DNA of 49,424 bases from Acidobacteriota bacterium (GCA_046734675.1 JBKPRU010000021.1:1-49424), one strand, 5' to 3'. Positions 13,363 to 22,411 are shown, counted from the stretch's first letter. The notes: a model not told the origin generated them from the letters alone. Numbers and translations: made by a program.

Positions 13363-14795
13363 TTGAGGTTGTACTTTTTCATGTAGTAGCGGAAGGATCG
13401 GAAGCTCATACCGAGCAGCTCCGCTGCCTTCACCTTCACGCCACCCGATCGGCGCAGCGCCTCCGCGATGTACTCGCGCTCGAGATGCTGCACATGCTGT
13501 TCGAGGTCGAAGCCGGTCTCAGGCAGCGCCGATGGTGCGGGCGCGCTCCCACCCGCCGCGGCCGGCGCCGCCACCGCCGCCGTCGTGCCACGCACCGCTT
13601 CCGGCAGGCTCTCGGGCTGGATCGTCGACGCCCGTTCCAGCGCCACCGCACGTTCGATCGCGTTTTCGAGCTCGCGGACGTTGCCCGGCCAGGCGTACGA
13701 GGTCAGCGCCGCCATCGCCGTCGCCGTGATGCCGGTGATGTTCTTCTTCATCTGCGGCGCGTACTTCGTGACGAAGTGCTCGGCGAGCCCGACCACGTCG
13801 TCGCCGCGCTCGCGCAGCGGCGGGAGCCGCACCGGGATCACGTTGATGCGGTAGAAGAGGTCTTCGCGGAACTGCCCCTCCGCCACCATCTTGGCCAGGT
13901 CGCGGTTGGTCGCCGCGATGATCCGGATGTCGGCCTCGATCTCCTCGGTGCCGCCGACGCGCCGGAACTTGCGCTCCTGCAGGACGCGCAGCACCTTGAC
14001 CTGCAGCATCGGGCTCATCTCGCCGATTTCGTCGAGGAAGATGGTCCCTTTGTCGGCGACCTCGATCAGCCCTTTCTTGTTGTTGTCGGCGCCGGTGAAC
14101 GCGCCCCGCACGTGCCCGAACAGCTCCGAGTCGAGGAGCGTTTCCGTCAGCGCGCCGCAATTGACGGCGACGAACGGCCGTTCGCTGCGCGGCGATCGCA
14201 CGTGAATCGCGCGCGCGATCAGCTCCTTGCCCGTGCCGGATTCACCGGTGATCAGAATCGTGCTGCCGGTCGCCGCGACGGTCTCGACCAGCTCGAACAC
14301 CTGAATCATCGCGCTGCTGCTGCCGACGATGTTCGAGAAGTGATGCGCGGTGTGCATCGCGCGCTTCAGCAACACGTTCTCCTGCTGCAGGCGACGGCGA
14401 TCCAGCTCCTTGCGGATGCGGAACTTGAGCACCTCGGTGTTGAACGGCTTCTCGACGTAGTCGTTGACGCCGAGCTCCTCGACGCCCTTGATCAGGTCCG
14501 GCGATCCATAGGCGGTGATCATGATGGCGATCACCGCGGGGTTGACGCTGCGCGCGTGCCGGAGCACCTGCAGGCCGTCGACGTCCGGCATCCGCGCGTC
14601 GGATACGACCAGATCGAACGGGCGCTGGTTCAGGAACTCCAGCGCGCGGCGGCCGTTCTCGGCGATCGCGACATCGTGTCCCTCGCGCCGCAGGAGGATC
14701 GCCAGCATCTCGCGCATCGACCGCTCGTCGTCGACGATGAGGATGCGCGCGGCGGGCGCCGCGACCGGATCGACGGTCTGTACGTCAATAGCCAT
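13359..14795 (-). CDS. pilR: sigma54-dependent response regulator (receiver, AAA+ and Fis-type HTH domains)
   Basis: [22 protein letters not shown].., [21 protein letters not shown], ...[20 protein letters not shown]. The track ORF extends spuriously to 15092. Confidence 0.9.
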   Translation of the reverse strand: MAIDVQTVDPVAAPAARILIVDDERSMREMLAILLRREGHDVAIAENGRRALEFLNQRPFDLVVSDARMPDVDGLQVLRHARSVNPAVIAIMITAYGSPDLIKGVEELGVNDYVEKPFNTEVLKFRIRKELDRRRLQQENVLLKRAMHTAHHFSNIVGSSSAMIQVFELVETVAATGSTILITGESGTGKELIARAIHVRSPRSERPFVAVNCGALTETLLDSELFGHVRGAFTGADNNKKGLIEVADKGTIFLDEIGEMSPMLQVKVLRVLQERKFRRVGGTEEIEADIRIIAATNRDLAKMVAEGQFREDLFYRINVIPVRLPPLRERGDDVVGLAEHFVTKYAPQMKKNITGITATAMAALTSYAWPGNVRELENAIERAVALERASTIQPESLPEAVRGTTAAVAAPAAAGGSAPAPSALPETGFDLEQHVQHLEREYIAEALRRSGGVKVKAAELLGMSFRSFRYYMKKYNLK

Positions 14796-14802
14796 AACGT
14801 TG

Positions 14803-16473
14803 TCAGCCGGAGACGGCAGCCGCGACCGCGCCCACCGGCAGCACCACCTCCACCGTGGTTCCCATGCCCTTGTTCGACGACACGCGAACCTCGCCGCCGT
14901 AGTCGCTCGCGATGCGATGCACGATCGACAGACCGAGGCCTGTGCCCTTCGTAAACGTGCCGCGGAACGGCTGGAAGATGCCGTCGATCTCTTCCGGCGC
15001 GATGCCGACGCCGTCGTCACGTACCCCAATGACCACGTGCTCCGGTTCCTTGGCGGTCTTCTCGTGACGGTGGACCGACAGCCGCAGCACACCGCCGTTG
15101 GGCATCGCCCGCAGACCGTTGGTGGCCAGGTTCCAGACGATCTGGCGCACCTGCGCTTCGTCGGCGCGGTAGATCACCCGTTCCTGCGGCGCATCGACGA
15201 CGATCGAATGGCCGTCGACCAGCTCCGCGTTGTTCTCGAGCAGCGTCGCCGTGTCGGTCAGCACGCGCCCAACGTCCGTGTCGGCCAGCGCCGCGCGCTG
15301 CGGCCGCGCGTAGGCGAGGAAGCTTCGGATCGTGTCGTTCAACCGCTCCGACTCGCGCAGCACGATGTCCATCAGCTGCGACTGCTCCGGCGTCAATGGC
15401 AGCTCGTCGCGCAGGATCTGAATTGAGCCGGCCATCGACGCGAGCGGGTTGCGGATCTCGTGCGCGATGCCGGCGGCCATCTCGCCAACCGCCGCGAGCC
15501 GCTGTTGCACGCGCGCCTCGCGGTCCTGCTTCCTGGCTTCAGTCACGTCCTGGAACGTGAACAGGAACCCCGAATTGCCGCTCGGTGTGACGAGCGGCGC
15601 GGCGCTGATCCCGAGCTCGATCTGCCGTCCGTCCGCGCGCGTGTAGCCGTACTCGAGCCGCGGCAGCACCGGACGGCCGTCCTCTCGGTTGAAGAGCCCG
15701 ACATACGGCGACGGCAGCTGCAGCACCGCCATCATCGATTGTCCGAGCGCCTCGGCCGCCGTCATGCCGGTGATGCTCTCGCCGGCGCGGTTGAACGTCA
15801 GCACCCGTCCCGTCATGTCGCACGTCGTCAAGCCGCTCTGGAGGCTGTCGATCACGTGCTGGTTGAACGCCTGCAGGTCCGCCAGCTGCGTCGACGTTTC
15901 TTCGAGCTGCTCGCCGGTGCGGCGTAACCCTTCCGCGAGGTACCCGCTCAGCGCCGCGACCGCGAGGAACCCGAACACGTTCAGGCCCACCGTGTAAATC
16001 GCCACGCGCATCGGCGGCAGCGTCTCCGGCGCCATCCCGAACGGCAGCACCATGCCCGCGTACTGCGCGATCACCAGCCCGACGTAGATCAGACAGCTGA
16101 GCGCGCTCACCATCAGGCCGCCGCGCCACGACTGCACGGTGCTGGCCGCGATGATCGGCAGCGTGTAGAGCGATGAGAAGTAGCTCGCGACCCCGCCGGT
16201 CAGATGCACCATCGCGGAAACGACGAGCGCGTCGCACGCGACCTGCACGTCGATCAGCCACGGATGCCGATCGACGTAGCGCAGCGTCGCCGCCCAGAAC
16301 GCCGTCAGCCCGTAGGTCAGGCCAATCAGGAAAAAGAACGGATCGATCGGCAGCGCGCCCGGCGACTTGAACTGAATCAGGATCGCCGACCCGAGCAGCA
16401 TCGTGATCACACCGGCGCGCCCGCCAATGAGCCACAGCAGCTTGTGCCGCACGCCGGTCAACGTTGCTTGCAT
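14803..16473 (-). CDS. pilS: membrane sensor histidine kinase (multi-TM N-terminus, PAS, HisKA, HATPase)
   Basis: AAGIAHEIRNPLASMAGSIQIL H-box, and the G-box GTGLGLSIVHRIASDYGG. It lies directly upstream of pilR. Confidence 0.88.
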   Translation of the reverse strand: MQATLTGVRHKLLWLIGGRAGVITMLLGSAILIQFKSPGALPIDPFFFLIGLTYGLTAFWAATLRYVDRHPWLIDVQVACDALVVSAMVHLTGGVASYFSSLYTLPIIAASTVQSWRGGLMVSALSCLIYVGLVIAQYAGMVLPFGMAPETLPPMRVAIYTVGLNVFGFLAVAALSGYLAEGLRRTGEQLEETSTQLADLQAFNQHVIDSLQSGLTTCDMTGRVLTFNRAGESITGMTAAEALGQSMMAVLQLPSPYVGLFNREDGRPVLPRLEYGYTRADGRQIELGISAAPLVTPSGNSGFLFTFQDVTEARKQDREARVQQRLAAVGEMAAGIAHEIRNPLASMAGSIQILRDELPLTPEQSQLMDIVLRESERLNDTIRSFLAYARPQRAALADTDVGRVLTDTATLLENNAELVDGHSIVVDAPQERVIYRADEAQVRQIVWNLATNGLRAMPNGGVLRLSVHRHEKTAKEPEHVVIGVRDDGVGIAPEEIDGIFQPFRGTFTKGTGLGLSIVHRIASDYGGEVRVSSNKGMGTTVEVVLPVGAVAAAVSG

Positions 16474-16486
16474 CTTGGTTTTTCAC

Positions 16487-16538
16487 GTAGGCCGGGTCTT
16501 TGGACCCGGCGTGTGGCGGGCCTGAAGACCCGCCCTAC
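16487..16538. repeat. Family B REP pair in inverted orientation (BIME-like)
   Basis: GTAGGCCGGGTCTTTGGACCCGGC (16487-16510) and GGCGGGCCTGAAGACCCGCCCTAC (16515-16538). Confidence 0.9.
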
Positions 16539-16582
16539 ACCTGTGTTTTAGGACGCGCTTCGCGGCCTTCCGTCTTCTTTTC

Positions 16583-16688
16583 TCAATGCGCGTGGGGCCC
16601 CACCCCCACGCGCTTTACGCGCTTCTCGGCGGCCTTCTGTCTTTGTCGTTGTCTTCTGTCTTCCGCCTTCTGTCTTCTGTCTTCTCTT
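16583..16688 (-). repeat. Family A element, copy A2 (truncated) with a CTGTCTT/CCGTCTT simple-repeat tail
   Basis: Core hairpin at 16588-16613. The tail GTCTTCTGTCTTCCGCCTTCTGTCTTCTGTCTTC abuts the pilC stop. Confidence 0.85.
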
Positions 16689-17906
16689 CTACGTCAGCTT
16701 GCTGATCAGGTCGAAGATCGGCATGTACATCGCGATGACGATGCCGCCGACGACGCCGCCGAGGACCGCGATCATGATTGGTTCCATCAGGGTCAGCAGG
16801 CCGGCGACCGCCGTGTCCACTTCTTCCTCGTAGAAGTCCGCGATCTTGGCGAGCATCGCGTCGAGCGCGCCCGTCGTCTCACCGACGTTGATCATCTGCA
16901 CGACCATCGACGGGAAGACGTTGGTCTCGCGCAGCGGCGCCGACACCGTTTCACCGCGCTCGATGCTGGCGCGCGTCTTCTGAATGGCTTCCTCGATGAT
17001 GGCGTTGCCGGCAGTGCGCGCCGTGATGTCGAGACCGTCGAGAATCGGCACGCCCGACGACAGCAGCGTCGAGAGCGTGCGGCAGAACCGTGCGACCGCG
17101 ATCTTGCGCAGGATCATGCCGAGGACGGGCGCCTTCAGCGTCAGGCCGTCAATCGTGTAACGGCCGGCTGGCGTCGCGTAGTACTGCTTCAGCGCATAAC
17201 CGATGCCGCCCAGGCCGACGAGGATGAACGGCCCGTACGACAGGAGGCCGTTGCTCGCCGCGATGACGACGCGGGTCGGGAGCGGCAGCTCGGCGCCGAG
17301 GCCGGCGAAGAGCTGTGCGAAGGTCGGGATAACCTTCCACAGAATCGCCGCAACGACGACGGTGGCGATACAGATGACCGCGATCGGGTAAATCATCGCG
17401 GACTTGACCTGCCCCTTCAGCTTGACGCTCTTCTCGATGTAGACCGCGAGCCGCTTCAGGATCGTGTCGAGAATACCGCCGGCCTCGCCCGCCGCAATCA
17501 TGTTCGCGTAGAGCGCGTCGAACGATTTCGGGTGCTTCTTCATGGCGTCGGCGAGCGCGGCGCCCGACTCGACGTCGGCGCGCACCGACAGGATCGCTTC
17601 GGCGAACCCCTTGTGCGGCTCCTGCTTGCCGAGGATGTCGAGGCACTGGACGAGCGGGAGACCGGCGTCGATCATGACGGAGAACTGCCGCGTGAAGATC
17701 GCCAGATTTTTCGACGGCGCCGCCTTGCCGGTGGCCTTCTTGGCTTTCTCCTTGGGCGGCGCCGCCACCTTCGCCGGGTCGATCCGCGTCACCTGGATCT
17801 GCTCGCGGCGGAGCGCCGCGATCGCCGCATCCATGGTGTCGGCAATGCGCTCCCCCGTCACCGTCTGGCCCGCTCGAGTACGTCCGCTATACGCGAAAGT
17901 AGGCAT
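16689..17906 (-). CDS. pilC: type IV pilus inner-membrane platform protein
   Basis: 405 aa, with two GspF-type repeats (…FSVMIDAGLPLVQCL…, …LSTLLSSGVPILDGL…). Confidence 0.92.
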   Translation of the reverse strand: MPTFAYSGRTRAGQTVTGERIADTMDAAIAALRREQIQVTRIDPAKVAAPPKEKAKKATGKAAPSKNLAIFTRQFSVMIDAGLPLVQCLDILGKQEPHKGFAEAILSVRADVESGAALADAMKKHPKSFDALYANMIAAGEAGGILDTILKRLAVYIEKSVKLKGQVKSAMIYPIAVICIATVVVAAILWKVIPTFAQLFAGLGAELPLPTRVVIAASNGLLSYGPFILVGLGGIGYALKQYYATPAGRYTIDGLTLKAPVLGMILRKIAVARFCRTLSTLLSSGVPILDGLDITARTAGNAIIEEAIQKTRASIERGETVSAPLRETNVFPSMVVQMINVGETTGALDAMLAKIADFYEEEVDTAVAGLLTLMEPIMIAVLGGVVGGIVIAMYMPIFDLISKLT

Positions 17907-17933
17907 AACCGTCCTTTAGTCCCTAGCCTGGCT

Positions 17934-17989
17934 GTAGGGCGCGTCTTCAGACGCGCCGTCCCCGAGGCGCACCTGAAGGTGCGCCCTAC
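17934..17989. repeat. Family B REP pair in inverted orientation
   Basis: GTAGGGCGCGTCTTCAGACGCGCC and GGCGCACCTGAAGGTGCGCCCTAC. Confidence 0.9.
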
Positions 17990-17996
17990 ACCTGTC

Positions 17997-19124
17997 TCAC
18001 CGGCCGACCGGACGCGCGGGTCCCGGCCGCTGCGCCGTGCCCGCGCCGGCGACCACGCCGGCGCCGCGCGCAATCATCTGTTCCAGTTCGTCCTTCAGCG
18101 ACGACGCGCCCATCGCCGTCTCGAGCGCGATCAGCCGTTTGTGATACAGCGTCGCGAGGCACTGGTTCATCGTCTGCATCCCGAGCTTTTCCTGGCCGGT
18201 CTGCATCGTCGAGTAGATCTGGTGCACCTTGTCGTCGCGGATCAGATTCCGGATCGCCGGGTTGGGGACCATGATCTCGAGCGCGACCACGCGTCCCTTG
18301 CCGTCCATCCGCGGCAGCAGCGCCTGACAGACGATCCCTTCGAGCACGAGCGACAGCTGGGTGCGGATCTGCCCCTGCTGGTGCGCCGGGAAGACGTCGA
18401 TGATGCGGTTGATCGTCTGCGCCGCGGAGTTGGTATGCAGCGTCGCGAACGTCAAGTGCCCCGTTTCCGCGATGCGCAGCGCCGACTCGATCGTCTCGAG
18501 GTCGCGCAACTCGCCGATGAGGACGATGTCGGGGTCTTCACGAAGGGCGGCGCGCAGCGCGTTGGCGAAGCCTTGCGTGTCCTGGTGCACCTCGCGCTGA
18601 TTCACGAGGCAGCCCTTGTGTTGATGCACGAACTCGATCGGGTCCTCGATGGTGAGGATGTGCTCGTGGCGCTCGGTGTTGATCTTGTCGATCATCGCCG
18701 CGAGCGTCGTCGACTTGCCCGAGCCGGTCGGCCCGGTGACGAGCACGAGGCCGCGCGGACGCTCGGCGAGATTGGCGAGGACCGCCGGCAGCCCCAGGTC
18801 GTTGAAGTTCTTGATCTGCTCCGGGATCACCCGGTAGACCGCCGCAACCGCGCCGCGCTGATTGAAGACGTTGCAGCGGAAGCGCGCGATGCCACGGATG
18901 CCGAAGGAGAAATCGAGCTCCTGCGACTCCTCGAACCGCTTCTTCTGCTGATCGGTGAGGACGCTGTAGGCGAGCGCCTTCGTCGCGGCCGCATCGAGCG
19001 GCGGCAGATCCAGCGGCTGCAGATGCCCGTGGATCCGGATCTGCGGCGGCGTGTTGGTCGTAATGTGCAGGTCCGATCCGTTGTTCTGAACGAGCGTTGC
19101 TAACAGTTCGGGCAGCGTAGCCAT
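17997..19124 (-). CDS. pilT: twitching-motility retraction ATPase
   Basis: MATLPELLATLVQNNGSDLHITTNTPPQIRIHG..., Walker A GPTGSGKST, and AIRNLIRDDKVHQIYS, characteristic of PilT. Confidence 0.93.
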   Translation of the reverse strand: MATLPELLATLVQNNGSDLHITTNTPPQIRIHGHLQPLDLPPLDAAATKALAYSVLTDQQKKRFEESQELDFSFGIRGIARFRCNVFNQRGAVAAVYRVIPEQIKNFNDLGLPAVLANLAERPRGLVLVTGPTGSGKSTTLAAMIDKINTERHEHILTIEDPIEFVHQHKGCLVNQREVHQDTQGFANALRAALREDPDIVLIGELRDLETIESALRIAETGHLTFATLHTNSAAQTINRIIDVFPAHQQGQIRTQLSLVLEGIVCQALLPRMDGKGRVVALEIMVPNPAIRNLIRDDKVHQIYSTMQTGQEKLGMQTMNQCLATLYHKRLIALETAMGASSLKDELEQMIARGAGVVAGAGTAQRPGPARPVGR

Positions 19125-19300
19125 GTGATCCTTTTTTCAATGCGCGTGGGGCCCCATCCCCACGCGCTTCACGCGCTTCGCGCGACGCCCTTCGTCCCTC
19201 GACGTCGCTCGGGACGACCCTGAGCTGTCGAAGGGTCGGGCTTGCCGCCGCGTCGCGGCGGCCGTCTGTCTTCCGCCTTCCGTCTTCCGTCTTCCGTCTT
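19125..19300 (-). repeat. Family A element, copy A3 (long form with a nested 44-nt insert and a CCGTCTT x3 tail)
   Basis: Core hairpin at 19142-19167, nested insert at 19195-19238, GCCGCCGCGTCGCGGCGGC at 19243-19261. It fills the whole pilB-pilT spacer. Confidence 0.9.
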
Positions 19301-21109
19301 TTACTTCACCGTTTCCCGTGCCACTTCTTCGATCGTCGTCACGCCGTCCATGACCTTCATCAGGCCGCTGCGGCGCAGCGTGATCATCCCTTCCTCGACC
19401 GCCTTGCGCCGGAGCTCCAGCGCGGACGCACCGACGAGAATCAGCTCGCGCAATTCGTCGGTGATCTCCATGACCTCGTAGAGACCGACGCGTCCCTTGT
19501 AGCCGGTGTTGTTGCACCGCTCGCAGCCGCCGCCCTTCTTGGGCACCACCTTCTCCGCTTCGTCCTGCGTGAAGCCAGCGTCGACCAGCGCCTGCGCGGC
19601 GTGCGGGTGATCCTGCTTGCAGCCGGTGCAGACGCGGCGCACGAGGCGCTGCGCGCAAATCAGGTTCACCGAGCTCGCGACCAGGAACGGCTCGATACCC
19701 ATGTTCATCAAGCGGCTGATTGTGCTCGGCGCGTCGTTGGTGTGCAGCGTCGAGAGCACCAGGTGGCCGGTGAGCGACGCCTTGACCGCGATTTCCGCGG
19801 TTTCGAAGTCGCGGATTTCGCCGACGAGGATGATGTTGGGGTCCTGGCGCAGGAACGAGCGGAGCGCGGCGGCGAAGTTCAGGCCGATGTTCTCCCGGAC
19901 CTGCACCTGGTTGACGCCGACCAGGTTGAATTCGACCGGGTCCTCCGCGGTCATGATGTTGGTCTCGGGCGTGTTGATCTTGGCGATCGACGAATAGAGC
20001 GTGTTCGTCTTGCCGCTGCCCGTCGGACCCGTGACGAGCACCATGCCCCAGGGCTTCCCGATCGCGACTTCCAGCTTCTTCAGCGACTCCGACTCGAAGC
20101 CAAGCTTGGTCATGTCGAGCATCAGCTTGTCTTTGTCGAGCAGACGGAGAACGATCTTTTCCCCGAACAGAGTCGGCAGGCACGAGACGCGGAAGTCGAT
20201 TTCCTTGGTACCGCCTTCGCCGTCGGCAAAGCGGATCTTGATGCGGCCGTCCTGCGGCAGCCGCTTTTCCGCGATGTCGAGCTTCGCCATGATCTTGATG
20301 CGCGAGGTGATCGCATCGCGGAACTTCATCGGCGGCGCCATGACGTTGTAGAGCAACCCGTCGATGCGGAAGCGCACGCGGAATTCTTTTTCGTACGGCT
20401 CGATGTGGATGTCGCTGGCCCCCTTCTGGATCGCGGACATCAGCATCAGGTTGACGAGCCGGATGACGGGCGCTTCGCCGCCCTGCTTCTCGAGCGAGCT
20501 GACGTCGATCTGCTCGATCTCTTCGAGCAGCTCCACGTCGTCGTCGACGATCGCGGCGGTCTCCTCGAGGGCCTTGGTGACCATCTCGAGGGTCGCGGCG
20601 TTATTGAGGTTGGCCTCCTGCTGCGCCGCCGCCGCCTTCTTTTCTTTTTTGACCGTCTCGGTGCGCGTGACGCCGGCGGTCGACGCGGGCGGGAAATACC
20701 GCTGCAACGCGTCGCTGACCGCCGTCTCGGAGGCGACGACCGGTTCGACGTTGTAGCCCGTCATGAACTTGATGTCGTCCATGGCGAACACGTTGGTCGG
20801 GTCGGTCATCGCGATCGTCAGCGTCGCGCCGGATCGGCTCAACGGAACGATCTGATATTTGTGCGCGGTTTCCGCGGGAATGAGCTTGACGATGGCCGGA
20901 TCGATCTCGAACTGGGCGAGATTGATCGAGGGCACGCCGTACTGCTTCGAGAGCAGCGCCGTGATCTCTTCGTCCTTGACGAAGCCGAGCTTCACCAGGT
21001 TGTAGCCGAGTTTGCCGCCGTTCGTCTTCTGATAGTTCAGCGCCTCCTGCAGCTGCGCAGGCGTGAGGCGCTTCTCTTTCAGCAGCAGCTCGCCAATACG
21101 GACGGGCAT
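19301..21109 (-). CDS. pilB: type IV pilus assembly (extension) ATPase, GspE family
   Basis: N-terminal MshEN-like region (MPVRIGELLLKEKRLTPAQLQEAL), Walker A GPTGSGKTNT, and a C-terminal tetracysteine motif (CTGC...CERC). Confidence 0.93.
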   Translation of the reverse strand: MPVRIGELLLKEKRLTPAQLQEALNYQKTNGGKLGYNLVKLGFVKDEEITALLSKQYGVPSINLAQFEIDPAIVKLIPAETAHKYQIVPLSRSGATLTIAMTDPTNVFAMDDIKFMTGYNVEPVVASETAVSDALQRYFPPASTAGVTRTETVKKEKKAAAAQQEANLNNAATLEMVTKALEETAAIVDDDVELLEEIEQIDVSSLEKQGGEAPVIRLVNLMLMSAIQKGASDIHIEPYEKEFRVRFRIDGLLYNVMAPPMKFRDAITSRIKIMAKLDIAEKRLPQDGRIKIRFADGEGGTKEIDFRVSCLPTLFGEKIVLRLLDKDKLMLDMTKLGFESESLKKLEVAIGKPWGMVLVTGPTGSGKTNTLYSSIAKINTPETNIMTAEDPVEFNLVGVNQVQVRENIGLNFAAALRSFLRQDPNIILVGEIRDFETAEIAVKASLTGHLVLSTLHTNDAPSTISRLMNMGIEPFLVASSVNLICAQRLVRRVCTGCKQDHPHAAQALVDAGFTQDEAEKVVPKKGGGCERCNNTGYKGRVGLYEVMEITDELRELILVGASALELRRKAVEEGMITLRRSGLMKVMDGVTTIEEVARETVK

Positions 21110-21220
21110 CGTTCAGACCACCACTGGTCCACGAACTACTCGCGGGCGCCGGGAGAATTGCGGGGGAAGACTCTAAGAATACACGGGTGACAATTATTGT
21201 CAAGCTGGAAGTGCGACGGC

Positions 21221-21403
21221 GCCGGGTCTAAAGACCCGGCCTATGTGGAGAACCGATGGCGCCTCCAAGAGGCGCCCTACCGTCGGCCGATTCGCGTAAG
21301 TGGAGCAGTGGCGGTAGGTCGCACCCGGCCTGCGCGGAGCACCGGCGGTAGGGCGCACCTTCAGGTGCGCCTCCATAACGGCGCCTCTAAAGAGGCGCCC
21401 TAC
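21221..21403. repeat. cluster of four clear Family B REP units (plus one degenerate) in mixed orientation
   Basis: Units at 21221-21244, 21258-21280, 21348-21371 and 21380-21403, plus a degenerate unit near 21314-21345. Confidence 0.9.
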
Positions 21404-21418
21404 CGTCCGCACGCCGGC

Positions 21419-22411
21419 TCAAAACACAAACCGGACGCCGACGCCCCAGCCCGTGTCGCCGTCCGGCGACCCCATGCTGATCTGCGCGTCGGCGAGGACG
21501 GACCCGTAGACCGCGTAGCTGCCGCCGACGCTGAACACGGGCGCGGCGCCCGGTCCGTTGTCGCCGCCTGCGGTGTTCCAGTGCACGCCGCTCCTGGCGA
21601 AGGCCTTCCTCGTGAGGCGCGCCTCGGCGCCAATCGCCGCGTCCCGCCACTCGCCGCGGCTCGTTGGCGCGTCGGTGAAATCGAAGTCAGCCGCGACGGT
21701 GATGAACTGGTGCAGGAGCAGCGACAGGCCGCCGCGCACGCGTCGCTCCAGTGAGACGGGGATGCCGTCGGGCGTGTCGAATTCCGGCTCGAACGCGTTC
21801 CTCACGGCGACCCCCACCTTGCCGACGGCCCCCGTCAGCATCACCCCGAAGTCCGCGTCGAACTTCGTGGTGGTCCTCTGCGGGAAGAGCTCGTCGGCGC
21901 GGTCGAACGCTGAGCGATCCGCGGCCGACACGAAGCCGGTCGAGGCCGAGCCCCTCACCAGTTTCACGGTCGCGCCGACGGCAATCCGCTGCTTGATCGA
22001 CTGCACGACGGTTGCCCCGACGTGACGGGTCTCCAGCCGTTCCACTCGATACTCATTGGTCGCGTCGAGCCCGGGCGCACTCAGTTCGGCCGCGCGCGTC
22101 ACCGTGTTGGTGAAATAGGACAGGCCGAGCGCGGGCGTGCCGAGCGCAATCATCAGGGCCGATCGATCGTGCGGGAAGACCGAGTCGTCCTCCGTGTTCA
22201 GGTGATTGGTGTCGACCGCGAGGCTGAAATACGAGCCCGACGCGAGGCCGGCGGGATTCCAGAACACGGCCGAGGCGTCGTCGGCGACCGCGACGAAGGC
22301 GCCGCCCATGCCGGTCGCGCGCGCGCCGGCCGGCGCCTCCCCCTGCGCCCACGCCGGGACGGTCGTCGTCAGCAGCAGCGCCACGGTCGCGAAACCGATC
22401 GAAATTCGCAT
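21419..22411 (-). CDS. outer-membrane beta-barrel protein (FadL/PorV-like signature)
   Basis: Signal peptide ...TVPAWAQ, then ARATGMGGAFVAVADDASAVFWNPAGLA, an alternating beta pattern, and a C-terminal ...VGVRFVF. Confidence 0.75.
   Translation of the reverse strand: MRISIGFATVALLLTTTVPAWAQGEAPAGARATGMGGAFVAVADDASAVFWNPAGLASGSYFSLAVDTNHLNTEDDSVFPHDRSALMIALGTPALGLSYFTNTVTRAAELSAPGLDATNEYRVERLETRHVGATVVQSIKQRIAVGATVKLVRGSASTGFVSAADRSAFDRADELFPQRTTTKFDADFGVMLTGAVGKVGVAVRNAFEPEFDTPDGIPVSLERRVRGGLSLLLHQFITVAADFDFTDAPTSRGEWRDAAIGAEARLTRKAFARSGVHWNTAGGDNGPGAAPVFSVGGSYAVYGSVLADAQISMGSPDGDTGWGVGVRFVF

Noticed and set aside
16500-19103. Very long ORFs antisense or out of frame to recognisable genes (for example 16500..19103+, 19601..21190+, 33597..35921+, 40532..42568+, 2291..3772+, 117..1070+, 22436..23368-).
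   Set aside because: Their translations are Arg/Ala/Pro/Gly/Asp-rich low-complexity strings with no recognisable motifs. They overlap frames with clear homology-like sequence (PilC/PilT, PilB, S8 peptidase, SecY and others). They are typical shadow ORFs of a high-GC genome.
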